A DNA stretch of 64,000 bases from IMG/VR virus record IMGVR_UViG_3300036715_004471, positions 310,001 through 374,000 of that record; one strand, 5' to 3'. A program made the position numbers and the translations under genes. Below the pieces are notes generated by a model that did not search any database, had not been told where the DNA came from, and saw nothing but the letters and a program-made list of their open reading frames with translations. Positions 57,305-64,000 of this stretch are shown in pieces; position 1 is the stretch's first letter; every line of letters starts with the position of its first letter.

Positions 57305-58804
57305 TTATTTTACCTGAGTTTCAAATTCAATGATGTAACGTAAGCAATGTTGTTGTTCGGGTCCGGTTGGACTGTAAGTAATCAACTCATCGTTGTATAC
57401 TGCGCTTCCAGCTTTAGCGAAAACGGAATGATTAGGGGCAATGCTCTTTTTGGAATAAAAATGTGAGTTATTCACTATTTTTTGATTACCAAATGCCACG
57501 TCTCCTAAAAATAGGTAAGCAGTTTTATTACCACCTTGTGCCCAATATGAGCCTTTGACATCGCAGTAATTAATGGATTTGGTGCTATTGGTTGCCCAAT
57601 AAATACCGTCACCATACATAGATCCTGCATGTGCAACGCCTGATGGTCTAATCAAAAGACCTTTGGTAGTGATACCAATCATATTGGCGCGACGAGTTCC
57701 ATGCCAGCCAGGACATACATTGGCTGTTTTATATATTTCTTGCAATTCTTCTGGAACGTCTGGACGGGTTTTGATAAGCTTGGCGTAAACTTCTGAAGGA
57801 GTTTGTTTGCCACATTTCTTGGCAATTTCTTCTGCCACTGAAACAAATCTTTCTTCTTCGTCTTTACGATTAACTTTGAAAATCTTATGAGTTTTTAATT
57901 TACCTAAGAAAGAATGATTTCCAGCTCTGGTGCCATGTAACATGGCATCCAACCATTTCCAAGTTGGAGAATTAGGATCAATATATGCTAGATCGGCATT
58001 CAAAGTTGCATATTGCGAATCAACCGCACTCTTTTTAGACATAACGCTTTGAACATTCTTAGCATCATTGAAAACATCAAGAATATCAAATGCTTTATCT
58101 AATTTATCATCGGAATCCAAACGTAATACATCTGCATTAATTCTGGTATATCCAAAATTGTGTGGAATATTGGAATAATAAGAATTGGTCAATTTGTTCA
58201 ACTCATCTGTATCTGGTTTTTTAGCATGAACAATTTTGCGGGCTTCTTCTAAGATATCTTTGCCTTTACCAATTTGATCAACAGATAATTGACCTAAAGG
58301 ACATTTTTTGGTGTCTAGATTTAATTCAATGAATTCGGCAGTAACTCCGAACCAAGTTCTTACTAGGTCTTGAACTTCTGGATGAAGTTTAGAATCTTCT
58401 TTTACTTCTTCAACTTTAATCCCGACTTTTTGTAAATCAGAAACCGAAACTTTTGACACTTCGATTTTAGATTTACCAACTTCCGATCCTACATCTGCTT
58501 TAACCAACTTGACTTCAACATAACCTTTTTTGACTTTGGATTTGATAATCTTGTCGGATTCTGTTTCAGCATGTGATTGGCTATTGCAAATACGATATTC
58601 CTTTGCAATAGTTCCTCCAACTCTACCATAGTTGGTATAAATTCTAGCCTCTCCACTAGGAGCAATTTGAATTTCCAAATTATAGAACTTATTGGAATTG
58701 TTGACAATATCAGTAAAATTGAGAGTGGTTCTTCTAACCACATCAAAATTATTGGAAAACTTAGGTTCCGCGCCAGCGGAATAAGCAACTAATTTTTCAG
58801 CCAC
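57305..58804 (-). CDS. poly(ADP-ribose) polymerase-like protein (WGR, regulatory and catalytic domains)
   Basis: NSNKFY..YGRVG (WGR); PLGQLS..QI, YYSNIPHNFG (regulatory); WHGTR, MYGDGIYWA..KSINY, NDELITY (H-Y-E triad). Confidence 0.9.
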   Translation of the reverse strand: MAEKLVAYSAGAEPKFSNNFDVVRRTTLNFTDIVNNSNKFYNLEIQIAPSGEARIYTNYGRVGGTIAKEYRICNSQSHAETESDKIIKSKVKKGYVEVKLVKADVGSEVGKSKIEVSKVSVSDLQKVGIKVEEVKEDSKLHPEVQDLVRTWFGVTAEFIELNLDTKKCPLGQLSVDQIGKGKDILEEARKIVHAKKPDTDELNKLTNSYYSNIPHNFGYTRINADVLRLDSDDKLDKAFDILDVFNDAKNVQSVMSKKSAVDSQYATLNADLAYIDPNSPTWKWLDAMLHGTRAGNHSFLGKLKTHKIFKVNRKDEEERFVSVAEEIAKKCGKQTPSEVYAKLIKTRPDVPEELQEIYKTANVCPGWHGTRRANMIGITTKGLLIRPSGVAHAGSMYGDGIYWATNSTKSINYCDVKGSYWAQGGNKTAYLFLGDVAFGNQKIVNNSHFYSKKSIAPNHSVFAKAGSAVYNDELITYSPTGPEQQHCLRYIIEFETQVK

Positions 58805-58813
58805 ATTAACCTC

Positions 58814-60007
58814 TTATTGATCTTTTAATCTTTTTGCCAAGTCTTCTGCATATTGAGCTAACCAACTATTAGTGTAATCTACTTCTGATTCGTCTTCGGA
58901 TGCTCTAATTATTTCTTCTACTTTTCCGGCAGGTAAATGATCTCTCATTAATTCGTATAAGAAACTAGTTAAACGACCGTTCAATTTAATTTTTCCTGAA
59001 CGTTCGGCTAATCCTTTATTCTTTTCTCTATTTTTAACTACTTGTTTTTGTGACGACACGTAATCATCACATTGCTTCATCTTAACATCATTATAAATCA
59101 TGATATGATTTTAACTCTTTCTCGACAAATAATTTTAATAAGACCAATTTTCTGGATCATTTATATTGGGAGATGAATCTCCCAAATCATCTGCCAAAGA
59201 CGCATGAATTTCATCAATAACTTCATAATAAATATCTTTGATATCGTAGAAATCTTTGAGATGATCTGAAATCAACCCAAATCTTCTGGATGCCTCAGTA
59301 ATTGCCATTTCTTTAATCAAAAATTCATCAATCATGAGTCACAAGTCTTTCTAAAATTACATTAATGCAAAAACTAATAGTTCCACCAGCCAAAATCCAT
59401 AAAACGAATTGAATAGCTGACCAATCTTTATATGGAGCGGATAATAAATACACAATCCATCCAGCGTGACAGCCAGAACAGAAATAACATGAGAAGAGTT
59501 TATAAAAGAAAACTCCTACATATTTATTAATCATTAACTTATTACGAAGCCAACTAATGATTCCCCAAGGACCTTCTGTTTCTTTAACCAAGAAGGTCAA
59601 ACCAAAAATCGCCAAAATACTTAGCAATGTCATAAGAATGCCCCAAGTTTGTTGAGTTTGAATATGACATTCTCGAAATACTTCTTAACAGAATTTTTCT
59701 TTCGAGTTTTGATTTGCGGGACATTACTTACCAAATAAAAACAATTAGCGATGGGTAAGTCATCCCAGGAAACGGACCACATTGATTTGTATTCTGGTAC
59801 GAATTGCAATTTTCTTGAACAAAAATGCGGATACTGTACAGGACACGTACACCATGAATCTTTTTTGATTTTTTTCTTCTTTTTAGAAGAATCTCGCATT
59901 GTAATTTCAATAGGCTGATTATTTCTAATCTGCACAATATACTGACGAGAACCTATCACAGTTTCCAAATCCATTCCTTGGTAATATTCAATAATTGAGG
60001 TTTTCAT
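58814..60007 (-). CDS. four small ORFs (58814-59101, 59135-59335, 59328-59633 DUF1360-like membrane protein, 59630-60007)
   Basis: 59328 ORF has LFSCYFCSGCHAGW and TM helices; 59630 ORF ends KLNKLGAFL. Confidence 0.6.
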
Positions 60008-60029
60008 AAAAAGAAATGTCTCATATTTT

Positions 60030-60836
60030 TCATGATGGAAGAATTAATAATTCGTTTTTAGATTCCCAGTTCTCTTTTTTTCCGTTAATACAATATCTTG
60101 CGGAGAGATCTATAATCTGACAATCTTTGTACAAGGCTCTAATTTCGGGACAATCATCATATGAAAGAACCCATTTATCTGAATTTTCTAAGAAACCAGA
60201 TAAATCTTCATGATCTTTATTAGTCATCTTCTCAGTATAAAGAGCATCACCTTTTACATAATAGGGCGGATCAAGATAAATTGGATAATTTTCATCTACA
60301 AACACTTGGCAGTCATGAAAATCATTACTTGATACAATTGTTCTGCCTTGTAATAGTTCTCTACAAAGGATTAGTTTAGCTTTCAGTTTCTTTGCATTGT
60401 ATCTGCAATCTACTGTATACTTACTTTTTTGTTCTTTGCCGCCAATAGGTCCACCATAAGAAATGCCCGAGAAAGTAGTTCTGTTGAAGAATAGCCCTCG
60501 ATATGCCTCCTCTACATCAGTCTTTGCGGGGTCCTCACGTAATTTATAGAATAACTCTAGCGTCGGCTTGACCGCCACTAACTTTTGGAGTTGCTCAAAC
60601 TTATCGGCATCACTACCGGCGACTATCTTCCAAAAAGAAGAGATCCATGAATTCTTATCATTTGCATACAGTTGAATTTTTGGATATTTCTGGGCGACTT
60701 CTAAAAGTACTGAGCCTCCGCCAACAAACAAATCAACAAAATGATCTTGTCCCACCAGAGTTTTATCAATATACTCCATCAGTACGGGCAATAATTTGTT
60801 TTTGGCGCCAGGGTATCTAAAAGGAGTTATTGTCAT
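60030..60836 (-). CDS. dam: Dam-like (D12 class) DNA adenine methyltransferase
   Basis: PFRYPGAK, DLFVGGGSV, NRTTFSG, YLDPPY. Confidence 0.9.
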   Translation of the reverse strand: MTITPFRYPGAKNKLLPVLMEYIDKTLVGQDHFVDLFVGGGSVLLEVAQKYPKIQLYANDKNSWISSFWKIVAGSDADKFEQLQKLVAVKPTLELFYKLREDPAKTDVEEAYRGLFFNRTTFSGISYGGPIGGKEQKSKYTVDCRYNAKKLKAKLILCRELLQGRTIVSSNDFHDCQVFVDENYPIYLDPPYYVKGDALYTEKMTNKDHEDLSGFLENSDKWVLSYDDCPEIRALYKDCQIIDLSARYCINGKKENWESKNELLILPS

Positions 60837-60837
60837 T

Positions 60838-61104
60838 TTACCAAAACACTTTCATTTTGATTAATCTCTCAAATTCTTCTTGAGAAGAACATTCAATTTT
60901 AGTGCCATGATACCACCACTCATGCTCTTCAATAATTTCATCATCAGCCGATAAACCAATCATATAAGATACAGCCGGACCAGTTAAACAATGAAACTTA
61001 TCATCATAAAGCCAAGCCTCTCCAGTGTTTGAGATGCGATGTTTAACTCTTGGATTATCTTTATCCATTGTGGTAATACCAAACATAATTGTCAAATCTG
61101 CCAT
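60838..61104 (-). CDS. hypothetical protein (H...GPA..EWWYHG repeat type) with C-terminal F-x motif
   Basis: FHCLTGPAV..EWWYHG..SSQEEFERLIKMKVFW. Confidence 0.7.
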   Translation of the reverse strand: MADLTIMFGITTMDKDNPRVKHRISNTGEAWLYDDKFHCLTGPAVSYMIGLSADDEIIEEHEWWYHGTKIECSSQEEFERLIKMKVFW

Positions 61105-61694
61105 AATTGATCTGAAAGTTTTTCTAAGTCTTCATAATAAACAGCCATCTTATTACCTTGAAGGATTTGCATCTTCATTGCCTTGAATAACTTTTTATCA
61201 TGTAACCATTGTACTTTGACCAAAGCTCTTAATTCTCCACAGCGACGAGGAACATTTAGCGAAACAAAACAGACATAATGACTTTCGTTATCTTTGCCGA
61301 AAATTCCTGTGTCGCAATCGAATTTGCCGCCATTACCATATTGAAAAACCCAAGATCTACCAAATGCAATTTCTGATTTGATTTCTTGAGATTTAACAGC
61401 TACTCTAAGTGGAACCTCAGGATCATTCAAATCAGGATCCCAATTTTTGTTTTTCTTATCGTAAATATTGAAATCAGGAGAAGAAATCTTTGGATAAGCT
61501 TCTACCAATTTTTGGTAAACTGCTTCTTCCGCCAATTTACCATTTCTAATATCTTCTGTAATTTTGACAACATTTATTTGTTTCCTACGTGCATATTTAT
61601 CAGCACTAGAACCAACTGAATCTTGCGCGAATTTGGTACACTTCTGCATCATCTCTTCTGAGATTGAGAAAGAAGGATCTTTAATAATTGACAT
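61092..61694 (-). CDS. hypothetical protein, possible PD-(D/E)XK nuclease
   Basis: GKLAEEAV...WDPDL...VAVKSQ; near Dam. Confidence 0.45.
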   Translation of the reverse strand: MSIIKDPSFSISEEMMQKCTKFAQDSVGSSADKYARRKQINVVKITEDIRNGKLAEEAVYQKLVEAYPKISSPDFNIYDKKNKNWDPDLNDPEVPLRVAVKSQEIKSEIAFGRSWVFQYGNGGKFDCDTGIFGKDNESHYVCFVSLNVPRRCGELRALVKVQWLHDKKLFKAMKMQILQGNKMAVYYEDLEKLSDQLWQI

Positions 61695-61706
61695 GTTCAA
61701 CTTTCA

Positions 61707-62513
61707 TTAAATGAAAATGTGTTCTTCGTTACGTAGTGAGCCGTAATATTTTGCTTTATTAACTTTACACTCTATGTTGCGTGAAACGTGAATCCAGCAA
61801 TCAGTATGAGTGTGTCCAGCTAATACAGTTACATTTCTCTTTTTACGATCCTGCATAACTTTTTCGATAGTCTTGCCAAGTCTGATGTTGACATTGTAAG
61901 GAAGCCAAAAATTCTCAAAAATTGTACCGACATGTCTTGTGGCTTCTTTCCATGGCGGTACATGAGTCAGAATGTAAATCGTCTTGTAATCCAGCGCAAG
62001 GGCTGTTTCTAATTTTTCTTCAATCTGCTCGCAAGATTTATCTGCCAAATGTTTGAAGGCTTCAATTCTAGCCTCCATAGTCGGTAAGTCTCTCAAATCT
62101 TTAATCAAAAACCAATCAGGGGTTATTTTAAGATAACTTGGTTTACCATTACTGGCATCATACCAACCTTCAGCGCCAATAACCGCGACTTCATCATTTA
62201 ACGGAACAACGCCCGATTCAGTCATCCAAATCAAATTTGGATGCTTATCACACAGGGCACGGATCTTTTTATGGGTTTCTTCAAATGAAGAGAAATGATA
62301 ATCATGATTGCCGAGGACAAAATATATAGGGCACTTAACTAAAGTTGCCAAAAGCTTCAAATCCAAACAAGTCATTAATCCGTTGGAAATATCTCCGGTC
62401 AGAAAAATGGCTTTTGGATTTTCTTTTTTGATACGATGGAAAAATCTTAATTTAGTAATAGGACCCACTTTATCCAAGTGGGTATCAGTGTACCATAGAT
62501 ATTTGTCCTTCAT
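61707..62513 (-). CDS. calcineurin-like metallophosphoesterase
   Basis: TDTHLD, TGDIS, LGNHDY, THVPP, AGHTH. Confidence 0.9.
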   Translation of the reverse strand: MKDKYLWYTDTHLDKVGPITKLRFFHRIKKENPKAIFLTGDISNGLMTCLDLKLLATLVKCPIYFVLGNHDYHFSSFEETHKKIRALCDKHPNLIWMTESGVVPLNDEVAVIGAEGWYDASNGKPSYLKITPDWFLIKDLRDLPTMEARIEAFKHLADKSCEQIEEKLETALALDYKTIYILTHVPPWKEATRHVGTIFENFWLPYNVNIRLGKTIEKVMQDRKKRNVTVLAGHTHTDCWIHVSRNIECKVNKAKYYGSLRNEEHIFI

Positions 62514-62533
62514 AAATCACCACCTAGTTAGTT

Positions 62534-62863
62534 TTATAAGAATGCTTTCATATGATAGATTCTATCAGCAAATGCAGCAGCTTCTGTCGGTTTAACAATT
62601 TCAAAACATATGAGAACTTCAATTCTGCCCATTAATACAGATGACTCTTCTTGCCTAACCCAGAGAACAGTAATGTCTTCTTTTGGATATAAAACCAAAG
62701 CTGCATACTTATTTTCAAACCTATAAGTAAGATTTTTCAATTCCCATTTAGAATAGTGTGGTGGTACTTGAGTTACAAAATATTCAACATTACACTCATC
62801 GCATCTAGACATGTACATGTTTATTCTATTTTCTGCATCACAAAACAGACATTTCCAACCCAT
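62534..62863 (-). CDS. Zn-ribbon hypothetical protein with C-terminal F-x motif
   Basis: CLFC..CDEC; ends RIYHMKAFL. Confidence 0.65.
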   Translation of the reverse strand: MGWKCLFCDAENRINMYMSRCDECNVEYFVTQVPPHYSKWELKNLTYRFENKYAALVLYPKEDITVLWVRQEESSVLMGRIEVLICFEIVKPTEAAAFADRIYHMKAFL

Positions 62864-62864
62864 A

Positions 62865-64000
62865 TTACTTCACCAAATCTAAGAAGTCTTCTTCTGAAAG
62901 AAGGATTGTACCTAACTTACGAGCTGCCACCGCCTTAGAACTAGTACTGTTCGGATCTGCAATTACCAGATAACTTAAACCTTTACTAACTGAATTCTTT
63001 ACGTCTCCGCCAGCATCAGCCGCCATCTTTTCCAAAACAGGTCTTTTGGTTTTCATTGATCCTGTAAAACAAACTGATTTGCTAGTTAAAACGCCCTTGG
63101 CTCTGATTTTGATTTTAACACCATTATCTAGTAATTCCAAGATCAAATCTTGATTTGAAATCAAACCATTTGCCAAAGACTTGGCTTTTACCGGACCCAA
63201 ACCTGGAACTTGTTCAAATTCATCAGCTGATAGTTGTCCAAACTTCTCCAAACTATCACACCCAGCATTCATGATGAGTTTAATAGTGGACTGCCCAATC
63301 ATAGGGATACTTAAAGCTCCAAGGAAAACTTCCAAAGGAACTTCTGCGGCTTGCCACAAAATATCATGACATTTCTGAGCAGATTTCTTGCCCATACGAT
63401 CTATACTAGATAAATCATCGACAGTTAACTCGTATAAGTCAGAAACTTTAACTACCTTACCTGTCCGAACCAATTTCTCAACTAAAGTATCTCCCCACTC
63501 TAATAGGTTGAGTTCTTTAATCCAATTCTTGATTCTGCCCACCACTTGTGCCGAACAAGTTAAACTGTTGGTACAGTTAAGATTTTCTCCAACCATTTCT
63601 ACTAATCCTCCACACTCCGGGCAATTAGTTGGAGCCTGCAATATGGTACCGGTGCTTTTAATCAATTCTTCAACACGCGGAATAACATCATTTGCTCTTG
63701 AGACTAAAACTGTAGCCCCAATATCCAAGCCTAATTCCTGGACATAAGCTAAGTTATATAGACTTGCTCTACTAACAGATGCTCCAACTAAGATCACCGG
63801 ATCTACCGTAGCAACAGGAGTTAATCTTCCGCTATTACCAACCTGCCAAACAATATTTCTAATAACAGACTCTCTAGCCTCATTATCGAATTTGAAAGCA
63901 ATAGCTCCTTTAGGTCTTAAATCTTTATCTCCCAAAGCAGCTTGGATAGCCAGATCGTTCACTCTAACGACCAAACCATCAATATCATAGTCTAATTTAT
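62865..64000 (-). CDS. ligA: NAD-dependent DNA ligase (3' part; starts beyond the window)
   Basis: DIDGLVVR, AIAFKF, QVGNSGRLTPVA, RANDVIP, CPECG Zn finger, HhH motifs, BRCT (FTGSM..SSKAVAARKLG). Confidence 0.95.
   Translation of the reverse strand, partial: KLDYDIDGLVVRVNDLAIQAALGDKDLRPKGAIAFKFDNEARESVIRNIVWQVGNSGRLTPVATVDPVILVGASVSRASLYNLAYVQELGLDIGATVLVSRANDVIPRVEELIKSTGTILQAPTNCPECGGLVEMVGENLNCTNSLTCSAQVVGRIKNWIKELNLLEWGDTLVEKLVRTGKVVKVSDLYELTVDDLSSIDRMGKKSAQKCHDILWQAAEVPLEVFLGALSIPMIGQSTIKLIMNAGCDSLEKFGQLSADEFEQVPGLGPVKAKSLANGLISNQDLILELLDNGVKIKIRAKGVLTSKSVCFTGSMKTKRPVLEKMAADAGGDVKNSVSKGLSYLVIADPNSTSSKAVAARKLGTILLSEEDFLDLVK

Noticed and set aside
901-63747. Many short antisense or alternative-frame ORFs in the track (e.g. 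3924-4340, 7060-7479, 15580-15810, 34772-35161, 49378-49805, 63388-63747)
   Set aside because: Shadows of real genes or tRNAs, with no RBS or motifs.
1-64000. Genome-wide code 15 or code 4 recoding
   Set aside because: Long genes are intact under code 11 and TGA is a common stop; in-frame TAG was found only at the two gated starts.
1-64000. CRISPR array, or a cellular (e.g. CPR) origin
   Set aside because: No repeat-spacer array was seen. The mosaic of small ORFans, homing endonucleases, T4-like Pnk/Rnl1 and dispersed tRNAs without housekeeping operons points to a huge phage.

Overview
AT-rich, densely coding segment of a huge (jumbo) bacteriophage genome, with most genes on the minus strand. 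It has 14 tRNA genes grouped largely by amino acid (Thr x3, Arg x4, Glu x3, Leu x3, plus one amber-suppressor tRNA-CUA) and a tmRNA. Translation-rescue and RNA-repair genes include Rnl1- and Rnl2-type ligases, two PNKP-like enzymes, Thg1, a Pth2-like hydrolase, TyrRS, a nucleotidyltransferase and a ClpP/ClpR-like pair. It also carries NadA, a PARP + macrodomain pair, an amino-sugar/glycosylation cluster, two MoxR AAA ATPases + VWA, Dam, the 3' part of LigA and about a dozen free-standing HNH/GIY-YIG/LAGLIDADG-like endonucleases. Two patterns stand out. (1) An 'amber-gated' cassette at 10.8-11.9 kb: two adjacent genes (HD-domain protein, Pth2-like peptidyl-tRNA hydrolase) both begin SD-ATG-NNN-TAG, with an in-frame amber at codon 3. 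An amber-suppressor tRNA follows immediately, in a genome that otherwise almost never uses TAG. (2) About 17 otherwise unrelated small proteins share a register-fixed C-terminal motif [R/K]-h-x-x-h-x-x-F-x-COOH, suggesting a common targeting/docking tag. Everything was read by eye; no database search was possible.
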